DNA of 63,994 nucleotides, counting the filler, from Octopus bimaculoides (lineage: Eukaryota), in assembly GCF_001194135.2 (NCBI RefSeq). It is 7 parts of 7 records of this genome, joined end to end, with 100 filler letters (N's around TTAATTAATTAA, not from the genome) between each part and the next. Parts side by side here need not be neighbours in the genome. Positions count along the whole stretch, not along the records: positions 51,206 to 61,747 come from NC_068986.1; positions 61,848 to 63,994 come from NC_068987.1; 5 more parts are not named here. One strand, 5' to 3'. Below the pieces are notes generated by a model, which made no database searches, was not told the origin of the DNA, and saw nothing but the letters and a program-made list of their open reading frames with translations. How positions within the stretch are numbered: position 1 is the first letter of the stretch; the number at the start of each line of letters is the position of its first letter. The translations under genes were made by a program, and so were the position numbers. Of the stretch, positions 52,702 through 63,838 are shown in pieces.

Positions 52702-52732
<31 letters not shown>

Positions 52733-53655
52733 GTTCATGCATAGAAACTTACATAGAGACTTTTCTGATGGATATCCATGTTTACATTTTAAGCATTTGT
52801 ACATGTGGCAATTTATATTTTGCCGTATGCGGTGTTACGACATAAAAAAAATTAGATCCTTTTAATACTTTCCATATTGACATTCTACGAGTCTCATATT
52901 CATGTCCTCGTTCACGAAGGTAATTTGACACCATCATTTTGCATGTCGTAGTGTTTGTTACACACAGTCTTTAGTAATATGTGTCCTCCATCCTCTTTGA
53001 AACCTGTAAAATTCGACGTATTCAATACCAATATTAAGATTCCCATGAGTATACGTAGGCATTTTATTTTGCTGTATACAATTATTGTGGATCAAATTAT
53101 AAAAGATATTTTAGGACTTGAAGCGTACGAAACATGTATTGTGATGTGAGAGATGATCACGGCTGGAACGTCTTGTGTCATATAAAATGAACGCTAGAAC
53201 TTATCTGTTGTGAAATAATAAGGAACCTGTGCGATTTTTGTTTTCAAAACTGAAATCTTGGATTAATTTAATAGAAAACTGCATGCCAAAACGTTTTGAA
53301 ATGTTTTCATAATCCCGAAGCTCACTATATATATNNNNNNNNNNNNNNNNNNNNNNNNNNNNNNNNNNNNNNNNNNNNNNNNNNNNNNNNNNNNNNNNNN
53401 NNNNNNNNNNNNNNNNNNNNNNNNNNNNNNNNNNNNNNNNNNNNNNNNNNNNNNNNNNNNNNNNNNNNNNNNNNNNNNNNNNNNNNNNNNNNNNNNNNNN
53501 NNNNNNNNNNNNNNNNNNNNNNNNNNNNNNNNNNNNNNNNNNNNNNNNNNNNNNNNNNNNNNNNNNNNNNNNNNNNNNNNNNNNNNNNNNNNNNNNNNNN
53601 NNNNNNNNNNNNNNNNNNNNNNNNNNNNNNNNNNNNNNNNNNNNTATATATATAG

Positions 53656-54008
53656 TGAAGGTGCATGGCTCAATGGTTTGGGCGTCGTACTCATGATCAT
53701 GAGATAGTGAGTTCGATTCCTGGACCGAGCTGTGTATTGTGTTGTCTTCTTGAACAAGACGCTTCATTTCATGTTACTCCAGTTGACTCAACTGTAGAAA
53801 TGAGTCGTGACGTCACTAGTGCCAAGCTGTACCGGCATTTGCTTTTCCCTTGGATAACATCGGTGGCATGGAGAGGGGAGGCTGGTATGCATGGGCGACT
53901 GCTGGTCTTCCATAAAACAATCTTGCCCGGATTTGCGTCTCTGAAGGTAAAGTCATAGGTGCAATCCTATAGACATTCATGACCGAAGGGATCTGAACAC
54001 TTTACCCT
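53656..54008 (+). mobile_element. tRNA-derived SINE (family B)
   Basis: TGGCTCAATGG...GAGTTCGATTCC head; body aligns with the reverse complement of 8963-9297. Confidence 0.85.
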
Positions 54009-55081
54009 TTATATACATATATACATATATATGTACATCTGTCTCCGTATCTGTGTGTGTGCGTGTATGCGTCTGTCAGTGTATGGCCGTGTAAGTGTTT
54101 ATATATCTATGCATGTAAATAAATAGTTATACATATTTCTTTTCAATTGTCAGCAATACGGACTTGATAGGGCTTCAGAAACTGTATACGAAATGGGCGT
54201 TTATAGATTACTCTACGGAGACGTTTTTTACTTTCACATCAGAGAAAATGAATTAAGAAACATTTCCGATTACTTATATATTCAACCCACTAGACTCTTA
54301 ATCGACAACGTATGTTCATATGTTTGCGTGTGTGTGTGTGTGTATGTGTGTTTGTGTTTCTTTGCTTGTGTACGTGAGTATGTATGTAAATATATATAAA
54401 AGATGGAGGTGAAAATAGCATAGAAGTAAGTCTAAGACATTTCAGTTTAAGAAGGAAAGCAAAATATTACCGGTTTCGATTTATCCCATCGTATCAAATA
54501 TTAGTAAAATTTTATTAAAAAATTGATATAAAAAAAATTTATCTTCCGTCTTGTGTCAAAAACATGTCTGGAGATTTTTCGCTGAAGTCTTCTTTAAATA
54601 TAGTTTGTATATAATTGGAAGTGCTAGAGAGTGAGAGCAGGGGACTCTGTTGTCTAAAAAGAAATTTTTGTGTGTTCCTGCAAAGGGAGAAGCGAAAAAG
54701 GCATTTATTGAATGGGTTTTATCTCCACCTCTGTGTGTGTGTGTGTTGTGCTGAATGTCCTTTTAATATGTTTTGAAAAATGGCCAGCTGTAAGTTGATG
54801 GGTGTATATGTTGTGAAGAATGCTTTGTTGAAGAAAGAATTAGGACTTTTCTTTGGGTTAGATGTATTCTTTTGAGTGTCTCCACCTGTGTGTATGTGTT
54901 TGGTCATCAGCTGTGTGTGTGTGTGTGTGTGTTCTTTTGCGATATATATATATATACATATATTAAATTCACATTACGATAAACGTAAACAAACAAACGA
55001 AGTTTGCTTTTGGAAGCGTTGACATGTCTTAGAAAGTTAAAGTTGTGATTTTAAATGTTCAAACGCAGAAAAAGTGTAGGC

Positions 55082-55157
55082 GGCCAGCTATGAGACTCGA
55101 ACTCACACCTCCGTGATTACGCGTCGCGGTGCTCTAGACCGATTAAGCTAAACTACC
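55082..55157 (-). tRNA. tRNA-like gene/pseudogene, Thr(CGT)-like, irregular anticodon arm
   Basis: GGTAGTT-TA-GCTT AATCGGTCTA GAGC-A-CCGCGA CGCGTAA TCACGG-AGGT-GTGAG TTCGAGT CTCAT-AGCTGGC; TTTTT follows ~9 nt downstream; no SINE body. Confidence 0.55.
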
Positions 55158-55988
55158 CACCACAAATTCTTCTGCAAATTTAAGATGTATAGAAATTTTG
55201 CTTTATGAGACGCTATCATAAATACATACATACATACACATATATNNNNNNNNNNNNNNNNNNNNNNNNNNNNNNNNNNNNNNNNNNNNNNNNNNNNNNN
55301 NNNNNNNNNNNNNNNNNNNNNNNNNNNNNNNNNNNNNNNNNNNNNNNNNNNNNNNNNNNNNNNNNNNNNNNNNNNNNNNNNNNNNNNNNNNNNNNNNNNN
55401 NNNNNNNNNNNNNNNNNNNNNNNNNNNNNNNNNNNNNNNNNNNNNNNNNNNNNNNNNNNNNNNNNNNNNNNNNNNNNNNNNNNNNNNNNTATATATATAT
55501 ATATATATTTGTACATTTATATGTATAAATGATATATGATTCAATGTGCATATATGTTTTGCTTTTTGATTATATGATTCTTCATATAAAGGGAGTTGGT
55601 GTCTCACAGGGAATAGGTGTATTCGTTTGCAAAACGTCGTAACTTCGAGCGTTGTCTCTGAAGTCTATAGAAAATTTGTAGAAACAAAATATAACGAACG
55701 CTCTGCTAACACAAAAGGCATAATATTGATTCGTAAATCTTCGATATACTTGGGAGTATAACATGATTGCAAATCGAAATACTGTGTCCTTGCTATCCAT
55801 TAACACATTTGTATGAAAAGCATGCACGGAAAGTTACATGATGGCCTTTAAAAAAGCTTTCCATATATTTATTGTACCTCTTATTGATGCTGTTTGTAAA
55901 ATGTGCTCACTCTGATAAGTTTCTTGACCGGAAATCACCAGTATGGGTATATATTAACATAATCGATTACAAATAAATAAATAAATAA

Positions 55989-56025
<37 letters not shown>

Positions 56026-57330
56026 CATACATATACACACACATATATATATATATATATACTTATGTACACGCATATATAGTTATTTTGTTACTCTCTT
56101 TCTTTCTCTATATAGCTACATGTGAATGTGTGTCTGAGTTTGTGTGCGCGCGCGTGTGTATTATATATATATATATATNNNNNNNNNNNNNNNNNNNNNN
56201 NNNNNNNNNNNNNNNNNNNNNNNNNNNNNNNNNNNNNNNNNNNNNNNNNNNNNNNNNNNNNNNNNNNNNNNNNNNNNNNNNNNNNNNNNNNNNNNNNNNN
56301 NNNNNNNNNNNNNNNNNNNNNNNNNNNNNNNNNNNNNNNNNNNNNNNNNNNNNNNNNNNNNNNNNNNNNNNNNNNNNNNNNNNNNNNNNNNNNNNNNNNN
56401 NNNNNNNNNNNNNNNNNNNNNNNNNNNNNNNNNNNNNNNNNNNNNNNNNNNNNNNNNNNNNNNNNNNNNNNNNNNNNNNNNNNNNNNNNNNNNNNNNNNN
56501 NNNNNNNNNNNNNNNNNNNNNNNNNNNNNNNNNNNNNNNNNNNNNNNNNNNNNNNNNNNNNNNNNNNNNNNNNNNNNNNNNNNNNNNNNNNNNNNNNNNN
56601 NNNNNNNNNNNNNNNNNNNNNNNNNNNNNNNNNNNNNNNNNNNNNNNNNNNNNNNNNNNNNNNNNNNNNNNNNNNNNNNNNNNNNNNNNNNNNNNNNNNN
56701 NNNNNNNNNNNNNNNNNNNNNNNNNNNNNNNNNNNNNATATATATATATATATATATATACACAACACACACAAAACACACACACACACAACACACACAA
56801 CACACACACACACACAACACACACAACACACACACAACACACAGGCACAGATATATATATGCGTGCGCACACGCAGATACAGACACGCATGCACATGTAG
56901 ACATACACATATACACATATACACACATACACACACGTGTGTGTGCGCGCATACGCACGTACATTCACTCACTATTTCAAAGCCGAAAGTCTAGCTTGCG
57001 GTAATACCTTCAAACGTTTGATGATGTAAATGTTTTCTTTGAAATGCTCGCGGTTACAGATCGGTAAGAATGAATGTTGTAGGGACCGTCAAACGTGTGA
57101 CGTTTAACAATATTTTATGAAGGAAGTGACAGATGTCGCAACCGGGACCTCTAAGTCCTCAGTCACCCTGAATTCTAGAACACGCTGTCGATATCCGTAT
57201 ACATATATATATATACATATATATACTAGTTAGTATTTTATGTCTACAACTGTATTGTTGTTGGTAATGGATTATATGTCGCATATTCCTGTTTGAACTA
57301 TATTGAAATTAAGTTTATTTCAGGATACAG

Positions 57331-57422
57331 ATGAATGTGTTAATACGTTAATAGTTATCCATGATTCATGTGTTAGCTCTTCATTTGATTTCTTATATAA
57401 GTCAATGCCTTTAAACCAATAA
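57331..57422 (+). CDS. Possible terminal exon C
   Basis: TTTATTTCAGGATACAG acceptor; the phase-1 join gives ...CRK-D-ECVNTLIVIHDSCVSSSFDFLYKSMPLNQ*; the alternative acceptor at 57324 gives GYR*. Confidence 0.25.
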
Positions 57423-58382
57423 GAAATACTAAAACAGAAAGTTTATGATGTAAAACAGCAGCTGTCGATGGTAGTAGCAGAAGTAATAAAACGTAACAAA
57501 TACATCCCTTGTTTCGTTTTAGTTTATCTTTCCCTCCCTTTTACAGATCAAAAGGAGAATGACTATTTAATATTAGATATAATTTAAGAAAAAAAAAGGA
57601 GAGGTAAAGAAGCAGACGAGACACAAAGAAATAAGAAAAGAAGACCGCTAACATACAGATGACTAGACAAAAGGAACAGTAACTATAAAGTCGGGTCACA
57701 TGTTATAAATAAACCCAACCGGGCAAGTGACATCATCAGGTTGTGTCCTATAAATGTGGAAGAAAATATCAGTCCTGAAATGAAATAATAGTTGTTTTTG
57801 TAGTTTTTGCATATACACCTTAATTTTTACTTTAATTTTTACTTTTTTCCATCATCGCAGTATCGAACTGCGGCGATACTGGGGTCCCACCTTGAAGATT
57901 TTGGACGAAAATATCGACTCTAGTGATTATTTTTGAGTGTGGTACTTATTTTGTCGTATCTTTTACTGCTATGTTACCGGTGCATTAGGAAACCAACGTC
58001 GGTTAAGCAGCGAGGGTGAGGAAACATAAAAACACATACGTATATGTTTGTATGTTTATATGTAAACATGTGCGACTTCACCTCACACACACACATGGAT
58101 GTATGTATATATAATCGGTGCATCGGCTGATATTTTTCATTTATATCCCTCCCTTCCTTCTTGAAGTACCATTCCTCTGTCTTAAAACCAGAGTAACTCA
58201 ATCCATTCCTGTCCATCCATTAACTTCAACACGAACCGTTTTTGTTTTTATCAATAAGTATTTGTCTATATTTGCAAGTGTTTGCAACTCTTATTGAAGT
58301 AGATAATAGTAATTGAAAATTGTAGTAATATATATATATATATATATATANNNNNNNNNNNNNNNNNNNNNNNNNNNNNNNN

Positions 58383-58832
58383 TTAAGTGTGGCTGACCCC
58401 TAGGGGTGGATGTTACTTAAGTGGCAATATGCTACACTTTATCGTGCAGTTACTGTTAATACTTCATTTAGAGAATTAACATTGCTTGTTTTCACCTTTT
58501 CGATATCAGTGAAGAATTTCACTGGAAAAGTAGATATAAGATTGCCAGGATTTTGTCTCTCTCACCAAGGTCAGTGGCTGTCGAACGCCGACGAAGGGAA
58601 ATAACCCTGAAATCCGGATCCGTTCGTGCTACATATCATGGTGAGAGGGATAACTTCCCTTGGCAAACAGGACACAGTCGTGTGTCGATAAGCCAGCTGG
58701 AGGAGATGTCCTCCTGGGGCTAAAAGAAACAGTAACATCCACCCCTAGGGGTTAGCCACACTTAAGTGGCAATATACTACACTTTATCGTGAAGTTACTG
58801 CTAATACTTCATTTAGAGAATTAACATTGCTT
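58383..58832 (+). mobile_element. Non-coding, hammerhead-containing retrozyme/pLTR-like element
   Basis: 72-bp direct repeats 58416-58487/58761-58832 (3 mismatches, period 345); 35-bp inverted repeat 58383-58417/58731-58765 (1 mismatch); central HHR. Confidence 0.75.
58582..58626 (+). ncRNA. Type-I hammerhead ribozyme-like motif (CCGACGA core)
   Basis: CGAACG-CCGACGA-A-GGG(AAATAA)CCC-T-GAAA-TCCGGA-TC-CGTTCG: perfect 6-bp stem I, palindrome ATCCGGAT, AUC triplet. Confidence 0.7.
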
Positions 58833-58946
58833 ATATACATATATATATATATTAATCCGAAAAAAGAAAACACAAAAAGAAACACAAGAAACAACAACGC
58901 GAGGACGTGGTACATGCAAAGTATTGATAAGGATGGAAGAAAAGGG

Positions 58947-58983
58947 TGTTGTATGTTTCGAGCAAAGCTCTTCTTCAGAAACA
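58947..58983 (-). ncRNA. Decayed minimal hammerhead in a pyrimidine-rich pLTR-like segment (58850-59070)
   Basis: TGTTT-CTGAAGA-A-GAGC(TTT)GCTC-GAAA-CA-TA-CAACA; two substitutions from a canonical minimal fold. Confidence 0.5.
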
Positions 58984-59108
58984 GGAGACAAAGGAAAGTC
59001 TAAGAGAAAAGGAAGACGGAGGGAAAAATTATCGCCAATCATCCACATATAGTTACATTTTGAAAATATATATATATAATATTTTATCATTATATGCATA
59101 ATTATAAC

Positions 59109-59222
59109 AAGGGATCGGATTTACGCCTCACCTCGCACTGCAAGAAATAAACGCTAAAGCCCTTATTACCACCTTAGCGCCGATTTCTTGCAGTGCGTAG
59201 TGAGGCGTAAATCTGATCCCTT
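59109..59222. repeat. 114-bp imperfect hairpin (MITE-like)
   Basis: AAGGGATCGGATTTACGCCTCAC..CGCACTGCAAGAAAT pairs with ATTTCTTGCAGTGCG..GTGAGGCGTAAATCTGATCCCTT. Confidence 0.8.
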
Positions 59223-60049
59223 ATTAAATTATTTATATAATTATTAAATATGTTGTACAATTTACCTAAGAGGTTTTTCTTTCCGCACTGACCACCTGTT
59301 AACATTATTATTGATTTTAACCTTTTATTATAATATATATATTTATGACGGGCTTCCATTCAGATTCCATCGATCAGAATCACTACTATGGCCAGCTCAG
59401 CGCTATAGCGGAGAGGACACTTGCCGAAGTAGCTGCGCAATGGAACTAAGCTCTGAACTAAGTGGGCCGAAAGGGAGCTTCTTAACCATACAACCAAGGA
59501 ATATTATTTCAATTACTTATTTGTAAAATTAATACAAGGCTACAAATTTTGCATGGTATACACAGTCGATGCAATGGAATCTAGCGATTCACTGCTTCTT
59601 TTTATACTTTATCGATTCTAGAACAAGTCTTCCCTCTAATCTATGCCCTTTGCCTGCACACACAAGTTTTTCGAGATTCAATTGAATTATTTTAATTGAC
59701 TGTGAAGAAATTTTAGCGATAGTTACTCACATAAATGCGCACATATCTTGAAAAGAAAGACAAATTTCCGCACAATGAAAATTTCTGTTTACATGCATAG
59801 CAAAAAACTATGGAGTGTCTATAACAAGGAAATACTGGTTTCAAATTTTGGCATAAGGCTTGGGAGGGTATCAGACAATTACATCAATCCCGGTGCTCAA
59901 CAGGCACTTATTTTGCTGACCACAAAAGGATGAAAGGCAAAGGGGATCCTTGCGACACAGCTTGGAAATATTAAAGTCAGACGTTATCAAAATTGATAAC
60001 TGTGTTGAGTAAGAAAAATTTAAAGTGGTAAAAAAAAAAAAACGAAAAA

Positions 60050-60828
60050 AGAAATTACATCGAAAGAGAAGAAATGTACGGTCTCTTTGCAAGATATACG
60101 AGCACAAGGACAGATACAGGAAGCCGATGGTTATGAATGTGGAGAAGTCATTTGAAGATAGAAACAGCCACTTATATGCGCGGCACAAGAACAAGCATTA
60201 AGGAAAAATTGCGTGAAGAAAAGATTTGGTAAAACAACCAAGAGCGACAAATGCAGAGAGGTGAAACAATGTGACGTATTGTTAATGAATATCCGAAATT
60301 GGCAAACATTGAGTACAAAAGGTGACATGAAAATGTGGCAAGAATATTCCATTGGGAGCTAAGTGGAAAGTATGGCCGAGAAAGATCAAAGACGTGGTAT
60401 GACCAAATCCCAGATGGAGTTACCGAGAATGACGATTAGAAAATCCTGTGAAATGCAATGATTCACTGTAACTATCAGATTAAACATCGGAAACCTGATA
60501 GTGTTGTGGTGAACAGAAAGGAAAAAAAAAACATGCCTAATAATTAGCATAGCATGTGCCGGTGACAACAGCGTTGAAAAGAAAGGAGAGGAAAAGGTGA
60601 ACAACTGTGATGAATTGAAGCGGGGAAATATGCAGATTGTGGGCAATAAAGGAAGTGAACGTGATAACAATAGTGATGGGTGCGCTTGGAAATATCAGTA
60701 CCCAATTACCAACATGGCTCAAAAAGACAGGTGGAAATGTAAAGATAAAACACCTACAAAAGTTATCATTTCTTGAAACTGCACGAGTCCTCCGCAGGCT
60801 TCTTGAGCCATGGTCAGTAATCAAGTGA
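60050..60828 (+). mobile_element. R4/Dong-like non-LTR 3' region (zinc knuckle + restriction-like endonuclease), degenerate
   Basis: AQEQALRK...KCR, HRKPDSVVV...CLIISIAC..D...EK...EL..EICRLW...V.VITIVMGALG...WL...G....I..LQK..LETARVLR. Confidence 0.8.
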
Positions 60829-61148
60829 CCTCATAAGGATTTTGCCCGACGTGTTAACGATTCTGCCAGCTCGCCACCTTAATAATAATAATAATAATAN
60901 NNNNNNNNNNNNNNNNNNNNNNNNNNNNNNNNNNNNNNNNNNNNNNNNNNNNNNNNNNNNNNNNNNNNNNNNNNNNNNNNNNNNNNNNNNNNNNNNNNNT
61001 ATATATATATGCAAAAGATGGCGTTTAGTTCACAAGTGATCTAAACGACTAGGTACGCTAGGTAAGTGATTATTAGGGCACCAAGGTTGTAGCCGAGACG
61101 GTAGTAATGGAGTCATTGCAGATTTCCGATATAGTAGATATATAATTG

Positions 61149-61710
61149 TTAAAGAGGACAACAAATGTTAAGGCAAGGCAAACATCTCAAGTCACATACA
61201 TTATTATTATTGGGAAAAAATCCAAAGTCTTACAGCTGCTTCTTGGATATCCCAGAGTATGGGATATTCCGTCAGCGGAGACAAATAGCGAAAATGAGAA
61301 GGGTATAGGTTAATGGAATGACTGCATAAAGGACAGGAGTAAAGGAACAAGGAGATGAAGAAATATTTCTGGATACCTATGCCATCAGGACTTTAACCTA
61401 CATTGATTTACGTTGGATTGCACCTAAGGACTTACAGACTTTCTTCTACATGATCGGAAATTTGAACTGTGAACTTTTAGGTTTGTTTTTCCTTCTCTTT
61501 CTTCATCTCCTTATTCCTTTACCCCTGTCCACTGTGTCGTCATTTCATTAATATGTGCCTTTCGCATTTACCCTATTTGTCTCCGATGACAGAATATCCT
61601 ATACTCTGAGACATCCCAGAAACAGCTGTAAGACTTCGAATTTTTTTCCAATAATAATGCATATGACTTGAGATGTTTGCCTTGCCGTAACTTTTGTTGT
61701 CTTCTTTAAT
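61149..61710. mobile_element. Divergent inverted pair of hammerhead-bearing pLTR-like repeats
   Basis: Arms 61149-61362 and 61499-61710, roughly 80% identical by eye; HHR folds at 61227-61282 (-) and 61579-61634 (+). Confidence 0.75.
61579..61634 (+). ncRNA. Type-I hammerhead-like motif (CCGATGA core)
   Basis: GTCT-CCGATGA-C-[stem II, degraded in this copy, intact in the 61227 copy]-A-GAAA-CAGCTG-TA-AGAC; palindrome ACAGCTGT, GUA triplet. Confidence 0.55.
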
Positions 61711-61847
61711 ACATATCTGTGTATATATATATATTTATATATATATANNNNNNNNNNNNNNNNNNNNNNNNNNNNNNNNNNNNNNNNNNNNTTAATTAAT
61801 TAANNNNNNNNNNNNNNNNNNNNNNNNNNNNNNNNNNNNNNNNNNNN

Positions 61848-61878
<31 letters not shown>

Positions 61879-62420
61879 ATGCATATCCGTTTCTCTTTCT
61901 TTCTCTCAGTCTCTCCATCTCTCCACATTTAATAGTCGGTCCTATCATCTTTTACTTCATCCTCAAATCCTTCTACTAAACTATCAAAGGACAGCCTGAT
62001 TTCCATAATGTTCTCTGCAATAGAGAATGTTTCTAATTAGAGATTTGTAAATGACTTACAATACTATGTTTCGATCCCTTGATACAAAAGTTCACAGAAT
62101 CCAATTTGCTATATGCTTTTGATCAGGAATTGAATATGCTTGTACGATGATGGTTAAACTACATACATCACCATACATGATGATTTCAAGCAAGGGGGAG
62201 TTTCAACATGGAAATTAGACCTGCTAGAGATAGCGACCAAATCATTCTCAAATCATTTGATATTACTGGTGTGTTTTGTATATTTTTTGCATTTATCACA
62301 TAATGCTTAGCTCTTCGGCATTTAAACTGCTTGCATCTAGCCCCAATTTTCTTCTTGTTTTGATCTCAAACTGGCCAGATCTGGCCTCTCACGCCTACCC
62401 AACATTATCATTCTAAATAT

Positions 62421-63086
62421 GTGGCTGTGTGATAAGTAGCTTGCTTACCAACCACATGGTCCCTGGTTCAGTCCCACTGCATGGCACCTTGGGCAAGTGT
62501 CTTCTACTATAGCCTCAGGCCGACCAAAGCCTTGTGAGCGGATTTGGTAGACGGAAACTGAAAGAAGCCCGTCGTATATATGTATGTGTGTTTGTGTGTC
62601 TGTGTTTGCNNNNNNNNNNNNNNNNNNNNNNNNNNNNNNNNNNNNNNNNNNNNNNNNNNNNNNNNNNNNNNNNNNNNNNNNNNNNNNNNNNNNNNNNNNN
62701 NNNNNNNNNNNNNNNNNNNNNNNNNNNNNNNNNNNNNNNNNNNNNNNNNNNNNNNNNNNNNNNNNNNNNNNNNNNNNNNNNNNNNNNNNNNNNNNNNNNN
62801 NNNNNNNNNNNNNNNNNNNNNNNNNNNNNNNNNNNNNNNNNNNNNNNNNNNNNNNNNNNNNNNNNNNNNNNNNNNNNNNNNNNNNNNNNNNNNNNNNNNN
62901 NNNNNNNNNNNNNNNNNNNNNNNNNNNNNNNNNNNCCCGTAACTTAGCGGTTCGGCAAAAAGAGACCGATAGAATAAGCACTAGGCTTACAAAGAATAAG
63001 TCCTGGGGTCCATTTTCTCAACTAAAGGTGGTGCTCCAGCATGGCTGCAGTCAAATGACTGAAACAAGTAAAAGAGTAAAAGAGTA
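62421..63086 (+). mobile_element. SINE family A spanning a gap
   Basis: Head and tail both match the family; the internal microsatellite is replaced by Ns. Confidence 0.9.
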
Positions 63087-63807
63087 TGTTAATTCTACAA
63101 AACAACGATTTCCCCACCTGAAAATAAATTATCACCAATCCTCACCTGTTTCTAAGCAAGATAATATTTCCCTATGGCTAAAAAAGCCTTTCATGGAAGA
63201 CTGGAACCAAACAAATGAACATCACTCGTATGATGATGACACACATTTACAACCCTCACATGATGTCAAGGCAAGGCTACACACAAACACACATATAATT
63301 ATAATTTCTAAACTAATGTAAAATTTAGTAAAATAACTTTGTGCATTGTCAAGTTGATGCTTAGAACATGAATTAGTTTGCCATTTTGATGAAGGGTTTT
63401 GGTTTAGACCACCTTAAAACAGAAAGTTTATGTCATAGAACCAACCAGAGGCAGTCTCAGGTCGTTTGGTACCAAAAGGTTTTAAAAGAGTTACAACAAA
63501 GTCAACAGTGTGCAGAAGAGTAAATGGTTTGTATCTTGTCACCAATATTTTCTTATGTCTGCTATTGTTAAGGTCTTGTACTCTTCTGTTTATGTCGTAT
63601 GGTTTTGTCCCAAAGAAAGCTTAAGGTACCTGTAGTGTAAGGGATTACGAACGAAGAAATGAAGGAGAATACAAACTCAAAAGATATCATCATCGTTTAA
63701 CGTCCACCTTTTCATGCTTGCATGGGTCGTAAAATNNNNNNNNNNTATATATATATGTATATATATGTATGTATATATATATATGTATGTATATGCATAT
63801 GTCTGTG

Positions 63808-63838
<31 letters not shown>

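Noticed and set aside
55590-55760. Alternative exon following exon B (GNRCIRLQNVV...)
   Set aside because: Weak acceptor; equally plausible splice signals on the opposite strand; no way to choose without RNA data.
1088-56994. Long ORFs rich in HT/YI/CV/ER/X
   Set aside because: Translations of di- and tetranucleotide microsatellites and N gaps.
57700-57750. Minus-strand CTGATGA as a hammerhead
   Set aside because: No GAAA at a compatible position; at best a decayed pLTR.
23636-61803. Six identical TTAATTAATTAA islands as a regularly repeated biological motif
   Set aside because: Always centred in ~100-bp N blocks; an artificial scaffold spacer.
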